Part shown: positions 10,772 to 23,775 of the stretch, piece after piece
Numbering within the stretch: position 1 is the stretch's first letter
Layout: each line of letters begins with the position of its first letter
NCBI GenBank assembly: GCA_038087875.1
Contig: CM075977.1
Coordinates: 229,338,001 to 229,402,000, forward strand
Source of the DNA: Malacoraja senta
Lineage: Eukaryota
Direction: 5' to 3'
Length of the DNA stretch: 64,000 nt
The notes under the pieces: generated by a model
What the model saw: only the letters and a program-made list of their open reading frames with translations
Told to the model about the DNA's origin: nothing
Databases searched by the model: none
Position numbers and translations under genes: made by a program

Positions 10772-13639
10772 ACAATTGTTAACATGAAATATTTAAATAA
10801 ACTGCTTTTTGCTCCAACAATTATACTGTGGACATCGTTTCATTGAGTGGTACAAAGAGTGAAATGAAACATGTGACGATGTTGTGGCTGTGCTGGAAAG
10901 GGCACAGAGATGAATCACCAGGTAGTGTGACTTGGTGACTTACATCTGGTCGATCCAACATCCAGCATCATGAAGTACTTTGAGAGGCTGGTGGTTGCGT
11001 ACACTAGCTCCAGCCTCCCACACAGCCTTGATCCACTGCAAATCAGCTACTGCCGCAACTGGTCAATGCCATCTCCCTCGCCCTGCACTCTTCCCTGCAA
11101 CATGTAGATAACATAGACACCTACATCCAACTACTAATTGTTGAGCATAGCTCTGCCTTCAACACCATAATGCCATCCAAATTCATCTCAAAATTGCTGG
11201 ACTTTGGAATCTGCACCCTCCTCGGCAACTGGATCCTTGACTTCTTAACTATAGACTGCAATCAGCAAGGATACGCAACAAAACATCCTGCTTATTAATT
11301 CTCCACTCCTGTGCCTTGCAAGAATATGTTCTAAGCCCCTTAATATACACAATTGTGCAGCTAAACTCTGCTACAACTCCATTTATACTGAACTGACAAG
11401 AACCTTTGTTGGGACAAAGTTATTCACATGGATGGTCTGAAAGCTTCAGGGTCAGATACCGCAGACACTCAAATTAGTGTTGTGAGGTTGGATTCTCTGA
11501 GAACACAAACAGAGTCTTGGACTCATGCAGTTATACAGTTCATGCACAGAAACAGGCCCTTCAGCCCTACTTGCCAATGCTGACCAAGCTGCCCTATATA
11601 CACTGGTCCCATTTGCCGATGTTTGGCCCATATCCCTCTAAACATTTCCTGTCCATGTACTTGGCCAAATGTCTTTTAAATGTTATCTGCCTCGACTTCC
11701 TCTGGCAGCTCGTTTCATATACCCACTGTGCTCTGTGTGAAAAACTTGCAACTCAGATTCTTAGTAAATCTTTCCCCTCTCACCTTAAACCTATGTCCTC
11801 TGGTTCATGATTTCCCTACTTTCAGTAAAACATTGTGTCCACCTATTCTATCTTTTCCCCTCATGATTTTATACACTTCTATAAGATCACCACTCATCCT
11901 CCTGCACCCCATGGAATGACGTTCTAGCCAGCTCAACCTCTCCCTATAGTTCAGGCCCTCAAATCCGGGCAACATCCTCGTAAATCTTCTCTGCACTCCT
12001 TTCAGTCTAACAACATCTTTCCTATAGTAGCGTGACCAAAACTGAACACAAGCCTCCAAATGTGGCCTCACCAGCATCTTGTACAACAGTAACGTAACAT
12101 CCCAACTTCTGTACTCAATATCCTGACTGATGAAGGCCAATGTTCCAAAAGCCTTCTTGACCTCCCTATCTATCTGTGACACCACATTCAAGGGGGTGGG
12201 AGATTGCAACCATGACGTGGTCCACCCTGTTTCGACTAATGAAATCAACCCGACGTGCACAAAGAAGATCAAATAGAACAAGTTGACCTACAACTTTAGG
12301 CTGTGCACGCCATAGGCAAGAAGAAGACCACGTTCAAGTAACAATGTGCATGCGCTCCCAGTTCCCTCTGCTCTACAACACTCCCCGGAGCCCAGCCAAA
12401 ATATCCCAAGTACTGGTAGACAGAACAATTATGCCCATTACCATGTTTAATATGCTATGTAACAAAATAATCAAACTGGAGCCTTTGTTGATCCTTCACA
12501 AAGATGCTAAATAACTGAACATGCATATGACAGCATGGAAACAGGACCTTCAAACATGTTATATAGAACGGCACAACAAAGGAACAGGTCCATCAGACCA
12601 GTGTCTGCGCCAAACATGATCAAAAGACAAACTGATCTCATCTGCGTAAATATGATCCCAATATCCCCCTTCCCTGCTTATCTATGTGCGTATCTAAAAG
12701 GTTCTTAAACGCCACTATCGTACCTGCCTCCACCACCATCCCTGGCAGCGCACTCCAGGCATCTTCATGGTAAAAAAAACTGCCCCGCTTGTCTCCCTTA
12801 AACTCAATGCCCCGGACTTCAAACCTATGCCCTCCAGCCTTAGAAATCTCGAGCCTGGAGAAAAGGTCCTGACTCACTTTCCTATCTGTGCTTCCCATAA
12901 TGTTATACCTCTATCAGCTTTCCACAACCTCTGATGCTCCAGAGAAAACAATCCAAGTTTGTCCAAGTGCTCCTTTTAGCCTATGCACTATAATCCAGAC
13001 ACCATTCTGGTTCCTCTTCTGTACCCACTCCAAATCCTTCACATCCTTCCTGTATTGGGAAGACCAGAATTGCACGCAATCCTCAAACTATGGTCTTACC
13101 AAAGTACAACCTGATTCCTGACTCTTTAGTCCGTGCCCCGACCAATGAAGGCAAACGTATCATACGCCTTCTTTACCACTCTCTCTACTAGTGTTGCCAC
13201 ATTCATTGAGCTATCAACTCGGACCCCAAGGTCCCTCTGCACATCAATTCTGTTAAGGGTCTTACCACTAACTGTAAACTTCTCCCTTATGCACCACCTC
13301 CCAAAATGCAACACTTGGTTTAAACTCCATCTGCCATTTCTCTGCCCATATCTGTAACTGATCTATTTTGCACTGCATCATTGGACAGCCTTCCTCATTG
13401 TCCTGTAAGTATTTCATTGTTCCATCGTTGGTTCTTTAGGATCACTGATTTGCTGAGTCCAGTGGAAGCGTTTAAATCTTTTTGTTCAGGCACAATGGAC
13501 ATTCTGCATCAGAGCAAAGCATTAAAATATCTTAACTAAAAATTGAACATATCATAACTAACAGAACAAAACACTATGGAATTAGTACTGAAAGACTAAA
13601 GACTGAACATGACGTTTATGGACACACTGAACATAGAGT

Positions 13640-13890
13640 GATGAGGATGTATCAAGCACCTCGCACCAGGAAAGGATCATTGTTCACAGTTCTATCCAGA
13701 CTCCTGTCAGTTGTAACATTAATCTCACAAACTGTTCCTGGACACCGCATTGAACCAAACTGCTCGCACACTACTAAATGCAGTAGACGAGGTATGTGGA
13801 GGCGCGTATGGACTTCTCTCTCACCTGGACGGGCTGCTGTGGTTCCTGGAGAGAAGTGAGAGAGGAGATGTAGGGACATGTGTTATGTGA
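13640..13890 (-). mobile_element. Penelope-like GIY-YIG endonuclease remnant (copy at about 30020-30270)
   Basis: Minus-strand frame CPYISSLTSLQEPQQPVQVREKSIRASTYLVYCI* resembles the N-terminal part of the PLE GIY-YIG domain. Confidence 0.55.
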
Positions 13891-13971
13891 ACCTGTCATT
13901 TAAGCAACAATAGATAATTATTAGAGACAGTTCACAGAATGTTCACTTGGATATGGATTGTCTTATTAGAG

Positions 13972-15095
13972 AAACATAGAAACATAGAAACATAGAAAAT
14001 AGGTGCAGGAGTAGGCCATTCGGCCCTTCGAGCCTGCACCGCCATTCAATATGATCATGGCTGATCATCCAACTCAGTATCCCGTACCTGCCTTCTCTCC
14101 ATACCCCCTGATCCCTTTAGCCACAAGGGCCACATCTAACTCCCTCTTAAATATAGCCAATGAACTGGCGTCAACTACCCTCTGTGGCAGAGAGTTCCAG
14201 AGATTCACCACTCTCTGTGTGAAAAAGTTTTTCCTCATCTCGGTCTTAAAGGATTTCCCCCTTATCCTTAAGCTGTGACCCCTTGTCCTGGACTTCCCCA
14301 ACATCGGGAACAATCTTCCTGCATCTAGCCTGTCCAACCCCATAAGAATTTTGTACGTTTCTATAAGATCCCCTCTCAATCTCCTAAATTCTAGCGAGTA
14401 TAAGCCAAGTCTATCCAGTCTTTCTTCATATGAAAGTCCTGACATCCCAGGAATCAGTCTGGTGAACCTTCTCTGCACTCCCTCTATGGCTATAATGTCC
14501 TTCCTCAGATTTGGAGACCAAAACTGTACGCAATACTCCAGGTGTGGTCTCACCAAGACCCTGTACAACTGCAGTAGAACCTCCCTGCTCCTATACTCAA
14601 ATCCTCTTGCTATGAAGGCCAACATACCATTCGCTTTCTTCACTGCCTGCTGCACCTGCATGCCTACTTTCAATGACTGGTGTACCATGACACCCAGGTC
14701 TCGCTGCACCTCCCCATTTCCTAATCGGCCACCATTTAGATAATAGTCTGCCTTCCCGTTTTTGCCACCAAAGTGGATAACCTCACATTTATCCACATTA
14801 TACTGCATCTGCCAAACATTTGCCCACTCCCCGAGCCTATCCAAGTCACCTTGCAGTCTCCTAGCATCCTCCTCACAGCTAACACTGCCCCCCAGCTTAG
14901 TGTCATCCGCAAACTTGGAGATGTTGCTTTCAATTCCCTCGTCCAGATCATTAATATAAATTGTAAATAGCTGGGGTCCCAGCACTGAGCCTTGCGGTAC
15001 CCCACTAGTCACTGCCTGCCATTGTGAAAAGGACCCGTTTACTCCTACTCTTTGCTTCCTGTTTGCCAGCCAGTTCTCTATCCACATCAATACTG
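13972..15095 (-). mobile_element. Young 5'-truncated CR1-type LINE, specific to unit B
   Basis: 338-aa uninterrupted RT C-terminus (SKFADDTK) and (ATAGAAAC)n tail. Empty site in unit C at about 30350 (tgtgagaaaggttg). Confidence 0.92.
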
Positions 15096-15669
15096 AAGGT
15101 TGAAACGGGTAGGGGTGTGCTCATTGTAACTTAAAATATAAGAGGTGATCACACTGAAACATAAAAATCCTGAGGGGGTTTGGCAGCTGTATGTTGGAAG
15201 GATGATCCAGCTTGTAGTAAAGTCTGGGACCAAAACACATCAACACAGAATAAGGTGCAGGCGTCATTTATGAATGAGACAAGGAAGAATATCTTCTCTC
15301 AAAAATTGGTGACTTATCTGAATTCCTTATCCCAGGAAAGGCTGAATCTTTGAATATATTCAAAGTGGAGACCAATTTATAATCAGTAAAAGAATCGAGT
15401 GCAATGGGACAGCGTGGGAGAGCAGATTTGGAATGTTGGATTAGCCATAGTTTTATTGAGCATGAGAGAGGCTCAAGTGCTGAATGGCCTGCTCCTGTTC
15501 CAATTTCCTATGGTTTCCATCACACTATTAACTTGTTTTCAGCTTCTTTTAAAAAAAATGTCTATTTTGATTTGATCTACAAATTGCAACATATCTGCTT
15601 ATTATTAATTTGACTATCTTGATGTAATCAGTGTTTTCTGTTGCACCAATGACTGGCCTTTGCAAATTC

Positions 15670-15705
15670 ATTATATTGAGCAACCCTAGTTATTCGGTAT
15701 ATAAA
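15670..15705 (+). promoter_or_regulatory. Gene B promoter: ATTGAGCAAC and TATAAA (15700-15705)
   Basis: Paralogous to the gene C promoter. Confidence 0.5.
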
Positions 15706-15780
15706 TGCAGGGGAAATAGAAGGCACCAAGAAAAACCAACTGAATCAGAAAGGCAAGGCTCGGGAAGACTGGAATCCGAC

Positions 15781-15843
15781 AGTTCTACAGTGTTAGTGTT
15801 ACACTCCTGCTGCTGTTTGCAATTGGTGCAGCTTTGCCTATGG
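15781..15843 (+). pseudogene. Gene B exon 1 with lost start codon (ATGAAC replaced by GTTC relative to gene C)
   Basis: Reads YSVSVTLLLLFAIGAALPM then G|gtgaga. There is an in-frame TGA upstream with no intervening ATG. The only in-frame ATG is at 15840-15842. Confidence 0.8.
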
Positions 15844-16312
15844 GTGAGAAAAATACCCTACATCTTGTCATTTATAGTCTTTAAGCTTTATAGCTGTAAT
15901 TAGATTTTTGATTAATTCAGCCAGTTGAATGAACTGTTGAAGACAGTTCACCGAATGTTCACTTGGATAATATTAGATATGGATTGTCTTATAATAAATG
16001 GTTGAAGCTGGTGGGTCTGTTCTCATTGTAACTTAAAAAATGAGCGGTGATCACACTGAAACATAGAATCCTGAGGGGGTTTGGCTGATTCTGATCCAAA
16101 GACAGTGTGTGTTTTCCAGGTTGTTCTATTTGATGTTCAGTCTTGCAGGTTACTATGTGTCCAGATGGAACTTGATGTGTCCTTCCTCGGTCTTAGAATA
16201 GGCCTTGTTATAACAGTGCAGAAGGCCCAAAAAGAGGCCACATTGTGAACACTGAAAGTAATAAAACAAATTTTAAGGAATACATTTTTACAACATGTCA
16301 TTTGTTTTACAG

Positions 16313-16445
16313 CAGCTCGTTTAAATATCAAAGAAGGAGCACATTGTAGGTGCAGTAAGTATGCAAAAAATTCCATGTCCAAGGATAATATTTATAAAAT
16401 TGAAATCTTCACCAGGAGCACAATGTGCAAATACACGGAAATCAT
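16313..16445 (+). CDS. Gene B exon 2: (A)ARLNIKEGAHCRCSKYAKNSMSKDNIYKIEIFTRSTMCKYTEI(I)
   Basis: ttttacag| and AT|gtaaga, 133 nt, Cys1, Cys2 and Cys3 intact. Confidence 0.88.
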
Positions 16446-16694
16446 GTAAGAATTATTCATACATTTAAATTTTCATGTTTATATTTCAATGGGTGGGATT
16501 CGTGATAATGTGGAGTAATTGTATGAATTACATTTTTATCTGCAGATCATCTGCCACATGTGAAAGGAACAAACAAGAGAACTCTGACAAACATTTTTTA
16601 ATTAAATGATGTTGCAATTTATCCCCCCCCCCCCGCACCTCCTCAAAAAAAATCTAATAACTAGAAAGATTAAATGTCTCCCTTTTTCTTTCAG

Positions 16695-16791
16695 AGCGCA
16701 TCAGATTTCACCACATGAGAAAGTTTGTTTGAAAGGGAAGACTTCCTGGGTGAAGATGCTTATTAATGAGTTACTTACCAAAACTGCATAG
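16695..16791 (+). CDS. Gene B exon 3: AHQISPHEKVCLKGKTSWVKMLINELLTKTA*
   Basis: tttctttcag| acceptor, Cys4 and Trp present. Stop TAG TAG where gene C has ATG CAG, so the protein is 5 aa shorter. Confidence 0.88.
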
Positions 16792-17077
16792 TAGGATACA
16801 TTTTGAAGGGCTTCATTGCCACAATGGTATCCTGAGGTGATGAAACAGGTTTTATACCTACAAATGTTTTTATGGTGAAGTGATTTTAATTCTAAATAAA
16901 ATGGATTGTATCTCTGATATGATTTAAGCATCAAATACATGGCATTCTAAAATGTATTTGTCTGTTCCTAAATATAATGCCAAATCTTCTATCTTCCCTT
17001 TCAGGGAACGTCTCCAATATTAAATCATAGAATGAGGTTCACAGCAGATCATTCAGCCCAAATGTCTTTGCTGGTTA

Positions 17078-18256
17078 AGAAGATTCAATTGTTGGGTATT
17101 AATGGTGGAGTAGCAAGATGGATTCAACAGTGGCTGAATGGGAGATGCCAGAGAGTAATTGTGGATGGCTGTTTGTCAGGTTGGAGGCCGGTGACTAGTG
17201 GGGTGCCTCAGGGGTCTGTGTTGGGTCCACTGTTGTTTGTCATGTACATCAATGATCTGGATGAAGGTGTGGAAAATTGGATTAGTAAGTATGCAGATGA
17301 TACTAAGATAGGTGGTGTTGTGGATAATGAAGTAGATTTTCAAAGTCTACAGAGAGATTTAGGCCATTTGGAAGGGTGGGCTGAAAGATGGCAGATGGAG
17401 TTTAATGCTGACAAATGTGAGGTGCTACATCTCGGCAGGACAAATCAAAATAGGACGTACACGGTAAATGGTAGCGAATTGAGGAATGCAGTTGAACAGA
17501 GGGATCTAGGAATAACTGTGCATAGTTCCCTGAAGGTGGAATCTCATGTAGATAGGGTGGTAAAGAAAGCTTTTGGTGTGCTGGCCTTTATAAATCAGAG
17601 CATTGAATATAGAAGTTGGGATGTAATGTTAAAATTGTACAAGGCATTGGTGAGGCCAATTCTGGAGTATGGAGTACAATTTTGGTCGCCTAATTATAGG
17701 AAGGATGTCAACAAAATAGAGAGAGTGCAGAGGAGATTTACTAGAATGTTGCCTGGGTTTCAGCAACTAAGTTACAGAGAAAGGTTGAACAAGTTAGGTC
17801 TTTATTCTTTGGAGCGCAGAAGGTTAAGAGGGGACTTGATAGAGGTCTTTAAAATTATGAGCGGGTTAGACAGAGTGGACGTGGATAAGCTTTTCCCATT
17901 GAGAGTAGGGAAGATTCAAACAAGGGGACATGACTTGAGAATTAAGGGACAGAAGTTTAGGGGGAACATTAGGGGGAACTTCTTTACTCAGAGAGTGGTA
18001 GCTGTGTGGAATGAGCTTCCAGTGGAAGTGGTGGAGGCAGGTTCGATGTTATCCTTTAAAAATAGATTGGATGGGTATATGGATGGGAAAGGAATGGAGG
18101 GTTATGGTCTGAGTGCAGGTAGATGGGACTAGGGGGAAGTATTTATTTTTAATTTTAAAAAAAATTTAAAAAAAAAATGTTTGGCACGGACTTGAAGGGC
18201 CGAGATGGCCTGTTTCCGTGCTGTTATGGTTATATGGTTATATGGTTATATGGTTA
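17078..18256 (+). mobile_element. Young 5'-truncated CR1-type LINE downstream of gene B
   Basis: Uninterrupted RT C-terminus to the stop at 18132 and (ATGGTTAT)n tail. TGGTTA occurs on both sides (17072-17077, 18251-18256). Empty site at 32329-32334. Confidence 0.93.
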
Positions 18257-19872
18257 TGTAAAAGTGATATTCAAGTACTCTCACCTCTAGCTCTTCAACT
18301 CCCAACCACCACCAAAACTCCACCACCATTTCAGGTATTCTCAAAGCCATGCAAATTTCTCTGCTTTGAAAGTTCTTCCAACTAACTATTTATTGATAGT
18401 TACCATTAAATCTGCTTCCACTGCCTTTTCAGAGAAACTCCAGATTAACAGCTCTTTTCCTTGTGTTTCTTCTGCAAATTTCTCCACATCAGTGCCCTCA
18501 AGTCAATGATGCTTTTGCCACGAGCAACATTTCCATCATATTCTCCATTTTATATTTCATGATATACTGGATATTGGATATACAGTATGCTCCAAACCTC
18601 ACCTTCACTCCACCTATGCCCTGTTAAATAATCCAAGCTTCTCCATTTTCTCAATAAAATAGAGATTCCAAAAACATGGCTTCGTTCTTGTAAATCAACT
18701 TTGTGGGACTTTGATTTTGGACGTAATTTGGTGCCAAGAACTGGAAGGATTACATCAGCGAGAAACCTATGAAAGGATTATCATAGTCCCTTGCTTTTTT
18801 TATTCTGTGATGAGATGGACAAAGAGCTGAATCCCTGTTTCCTTTTTTTAATGGCAGTCATTGGCACATCAGGATGGAGGTGATTGAGCTTTCCTGATCT
18901 GATGACATTGTAAATCCAGGGGCACAGTAGTATACCCGACTCCGCTTTTTCCAGACACATCTTTCCAGCCACTGCTCCATTCTTTTCAGGGTCTCTATTA
19001 TTCTGTCATTCACCTTTTCTCTGTCGGTAACACAAGGAACATTAAATTAGAGTAACCAGAGTAATGTGGATAAATGGTCTTTAGTTTAAGAGCATACTTC
19101 ATATTATTTTAAACTATAAGCAGCATGGTACAGCAAGAAATGTGTCTGTCGAGAGCTTGCTATATTATATGTATCAGAAATTGTGTGCGTTCAACTTTTG
19201 TTAATAAACTGCTTTGAATCCAATAATCGTATCCTGGTCATCATTTTAAAGAGACACAGGGAGAATGATACGGAACACCAAAGCTAAGTTAAGTCAATTA
19301 GATTTATAGAACACACAAACAGGCTGAATGAGTCTGAAGATGGGTCTTGACCCGAAACATCACCTATTCTTTTCTCCAGAATTGCTGCCTGACCCAATGC
19401 ATTTTGCAACTCCAGCATTTTGTATCTATGTTCGACAGAAACAGGCAAATCAGCATACCATGTCCATGATATCCAGTACTCATCTATATTAATGCCATTT
19501 ACTAGTACTTTGTCTGTGACCTTCTATGCATTGGCAATACAAGTGCTTATCCAGAAGCTTCTATAATGTTGTGAGAAACCTATCCACGCCACCCACTGTG
19601 GTAAAATGTGTTAAACATTTGTAACATCTTCTGCGTGACTATGATTTTCCTCAGTTTTGTTCCAACCGCTTATCTCTTACTCACAATTTACTCTATCATC
19701 CCCTCCACAAGTCCAAGGTAGTGCAAGAAGTGGTCTTTAGTGTTCTGTTGCCGAGGTAGGATTAGATTTGTTCAGGTCAGTTCAAGAACCTGACGATGTA
19801 AGAGAGTATCTATTCCTGAACCTGGTGGTGCGGGACTTCAGGCTTCTGGACCTCCTGCCTGACAGTAGCAGC

Positions 19873-20610
19873 CAGGCACGGAAATTGCTATCAAAATATG
19901 AGGGGGACCGGGGGACAGGGGACACACAATATCTTGGCGGCCGCACGCGCATACTCACACACACGAGCGAGGCTTCAGAGGCCCTGTGAACGGTAATTTC
20001 AGCTCAATCCTGCGCTAAATGCAGCTCAACTGTGCCTGTCTCACCTGGTCATGCCTGGACTGATGACATATTTCCCGTAAATCTAGGCAGGGCTGTAGGT
20101 TAACCTGGCGGGATAGGCAGAGTTGAGCTGGATTTAGCGCTGCTTCTCTGCGCTGGCTGTGGGCCTGGGGGCACCTCTCCCTTCTGACCCGACGTCTCTG
20201 GCCACCCTCGGGTGTGGGGGGGCTCTCGGGTGTGGACGGGGATGGTCCAGTGGCGGTTCGGCAGCGATTGCAGCGCCGGAGACCGGGATCGATCCTGGCT
20301 GTGGATGAGGCACAGGTCTGTGTCCAGGGCTGCCGAGAGTGTTTTGGCACGCCTCCATCCTCCAATCACCGCGCTCTATCCTCAGTCCCACCCCCCCTAC
20401 TTCCGCCTCTGACCGACACCTCCGTCCTCCAATCATCGCACTGAATCATCATGGTCCCACCCCCATTGCCTGCTGACCGACATCTCTCTCGTCCAATCGG
20501 CGCCCTCGATCAGCAGTCCCACTCCCACTGTCACGGAAAGCGGAGATTTCAACGGGTTTAATAATCACAGGGACATGTCCCCCCTGGCCCCCCTGGGATT
20601 TCCACCCCTG
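19873..20610. mobile_element. Non-autonomous hAT-type DNA element inserted in a Rex1/Babar remnant
   Basis: Imperfect TIRs CAGGCACGGAAAT / ATTTCCACCCCTG. 8-bp TSD gtagcagc / gtagcaac. Single-copy empty site at 34407-34414. Confidence 0.82.
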
Positions 20611-21419
20611 GTAGCAACAATAAGAGGGCGTGGCCAAGATGGCCGGGATCCTTGATGTTAGCAACACATCATGCAGATACGTTCGATGGAGGGGGGGGGG
20701 GGGTTGGGGGGGGTTGTACCTGTCATGGACGGCAACTCTTTCATTCCTGTGCGATAGAATTGCCATACCAGGCCATGATGCGACCAGTCACAATACTTTC
20801 TACAGTGTTTCTGTGGAATTGTGTTGGAGTATATAGTGACATGCCAGATCTCTTTAAACTTTGAAAAAAGTAGGGTTGTTGGCCCTTCATGATTCCATCT
20901 ACGTGCTGGGCCCAGGACACGTTATCTGAGATGTTAACACCCCCGGAATTTGTGTAATATCTCATAACTATCAGGATTAAATTCCATTTGTAATTCAATC
21001 TGATATGCTAGCACCAGCTACTCTGCTGCCTTTAACTCTATGACAATCCATTGCCCAGCAAATTTAAAACACCTTGATCTGAAAGATCAAAGCTAATGTT
21101 GTATATTCCCTGGATGAGATGTGTCAGTCTTCCAAGCTATTACAAGTGTTATTTTTAACAGACCTTTTATACTATTAATAGGAACATATAGCGCTGATGG
21201 AATGTGTAGAGCGAATGTGCCTCAGACAGCTTGGTGACAGAACATAAAGTAAAACAGTTGGCTCAGTCTTTCCTTACCATTCATTCATACCATTTAAAAT
21301 TCTGTTTCCAGTAACTTTTCAATCAATGAATTGCAGATCACAACCAGTTCATCTTAAAAAAAATATTTCCTCATGCTGCCTCACATTCTTTTCTCAGTGA
21401 TCTGATCATGTAAGATTTT

Positions 21420-22460
21420 GACTCATGGAAGCACAAGGAGGTCTTAAAGCCTCTTCATCCTTCTCCATTATTCAATAAACATCCTGCACTCCAAGGAACA
21501 AAGTCCCAACCTCCTTACAGCTCAGGCCCCTCAGTCCCAGCAACATACTCACTCATCTTCTCTGTACTCTCCATCCAGCCCAATGACATCCCTGTGACCA
21601 AGACTGAACACAGCGCTCCAAATGTGGCCCCACAACGTCCTGTACAACTAAATACCCTGAACGCCAAGGGCCAATGTAGAACAAGCCCTCTCCATCATCC
21701 TACCGACCTATAACACAACCTCCAGGGAACCATGCACCAGCACCCTACATCCCTTGCTCCACCACGGCCCCAGGGCACACATACATCATGAAGGTCCCAT
21801 CTCAACCCGACATCCCAAAATCCCAAAACACCCCTCATCCACCTGCACCAAACTCCATCAGCTATTCCTCAGCCCATTCACCCAGCTGATCAAGATCCCA
21901 CTGCAATCCTTGACAACCACCTTCACTGTCCACAACACCACCTACTTTAGTGTCATCTGCAAACTGCATGCTAAAACTGTCAATAGTTTATCAAACATAT
22001 TTTTCTTTCGCAATAAATTATCTGCTGAAGGAACTCCCAGCATCTGTGGGATGGAGGGGAGTAGTCATCGACGATTCTAACCAGTAGTGTCTAGGACCAG
22101 GCATCATAGCCTCAGAATAAAATTACGTTTCTTTAGGAAGTAGATAAGGAGGAATTTCTTTAGTCAGAGGGTGGTGAATCTGTGAAATTCATTGCCACAG
22201 AGGGCTGTGGAGGCCAGGTCAATTTTTAAGGCAGAGATAGATAGATTCTTGATTAGTATGCATGTCAGGGGTTATGGGGAGAAGGCATGAGAATGGGGTT
22301 GAGGGGGAGAGATAGATCAATTCACGTAAACCTCCTCTGGACCCTCTCCAACACCAGCACATCTTTCTTCAGATATGGGACCCAAAACTGCTCACAATAA
22401 TCCAAAGGCAGTCTTACTGCTCAGTCTTTTATAAAGCCTCAGCATTGCATCCCTGTTTTT
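21420..22460. mobile_element. Mixed decayed CR1-type fragments in both orientations
   Basis: gaccaagactgaacacagcgctccaaatgtggcc (minus) and aatttctttagtcagagggtggtgaatctgtg (plus) CR1 motifs. Confidence 0.7.
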
Positions 22461-23249
22461 GTATTCTAGTCCTCTTGAAATAAATGCAACATTGCATTTG
22501 CCTTTCTTACTACTGATTCTCCAATTTCTCAATATAACTAATGTATAAATTCAAGCATACCATCTACCTTTGTGCACCATTCCAAACTTGCCCTGCCAGA
22601 GACGTGTGTCCCCTCCTTCAGTCCTGCCTCCTACTGTAATGTCACTACTTCAGTTACAGTATGTTGTCCCTCTTCATACTCAAATATTTCTCTTCACATT
22701 TCTGTCCATGAGATTACACTCACCATGTCCGCACACTTCACCAGCCTGTCTCTGATTCTTGTCCCTCCCACAGTTTACACTATTATATGTTTCCATGTTG
22801 TCTGACAAACCAACCCTTCACCCAACTCTGTGCCTTGTCATCACGTTAAATTCACATACAAACTGATTGTCCTTGTCGCAAGAGACACAATGCTGTTAAT
22901 AATGATGCAGTGATAGTGCACTGAAAAGGCCGCTTGTCCTATCGTGTGTCTGTCAGCTCTGTGAGCGTCCATCTACACATCAATCATACGACCCTCAGCA
23001 ACTCTTTTTGGTAAATTATCCAAGATCTCAATCAAGCAAAGGCCAGCATTTATTTCCACCTCTAACTAAACTTGATCCACGGTATGATGAAGATATTCCC
23101 AAGATAGTGGAGGGTCGGGGGTTCTAATATTTAGACCCTGTGATGATGAATAAAGATTGAGTAATTTGGGATGCAATATAATTCTGCTGCAGCTTCTGAA
23201 GGCCCACAAAGACTTCCCCAAGACCCTCCTCAGTACAGTTTTGTTTATT

Positions 23250-23775
23250 GTCACATGTACCGAGGTACAGTGAAAAGCTTTTGTTGCGTGCTATCCAGTC
23301 AGCAGGAAGACAAAACATGATTGCAATTGAGCCATTTACAGTGTATAGATACATGATAAGGGAATAATGTTTAGTGCAAGGTGAAGCCAGCAAAGTCCGA
23401 TCAAGGATAGTCCAAGGGTCACCAATGAGGTAGGTAGTTCAACACTGCTCTCTGGTTGTGGTAGGATGATTCACTTGCCTGATAACAACTGGGAAGAAAT
23501 TGTCCCTGAATCTGGAGGTGTGCGTTTTACACATCTATAGATTTTGCCTGATCGAAAAGTGGAGAAGAGGGTGTGGCCAGGGTGCAACTGGTCCTTGATT
23601 ATGCTGCTGGCCTTGCCAAGGCAGCGCGAGGTATAAATGGAGTCAATAGAAGGAAGGATGGATTGTGTGATGGTCTGAGCTGGGCTCTGTCCACACTTGG
23701 CTGCAATTTCTTGCGGTCTTGGATGGAGCTGTTCCCAAACCAAGCTGTGATCCATCCTGATAAAATGCTTTCTAG
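23250..23775 (-). mobile_element. Rex1/Babar-type LINE 3' end; a plus-strand copy (24400-24677 + 28745-28890) is split by the second DIRS
   Basis: CLGKASSIIKDQLHPGHTLF...SGKIYR and TSRFRDSFFPAVIRQL C-terminal motifs. Confidence 0.72.

Larger units (their letters stand above)
13405..20665. repeat. Segmental duplication unit B, paralogous to unit C (29777-34468)
   Basis: Colinear high identity across the Penelope remnant, promoter, three exons and downstream DNA. The units differ by unit-specific TE insertions. Confidence 0.95.

Noticed and set aside
13652-13879. 75-aa ORF conserved in both B and C units
   Set aside because: The conservation reflects the recent duplication. A different frame shows a stop-containing Penelope GIY-YIG remnant.
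18781-18972. Minus ORF AGKMCLEK...CPWIYNVIRSGKLNHLHPDVP shared with 32852-33106
   Set aside because: The copies differ in frame length and ends, with no splice context and no recognisable family.
22860-22925. TDCPCRKRHNAVNNDAVI, a CxC-like string
   Set aside because: No acceptor or phase-2 donor at the expected distances, flanked by in-frame stops, and no Cys3.
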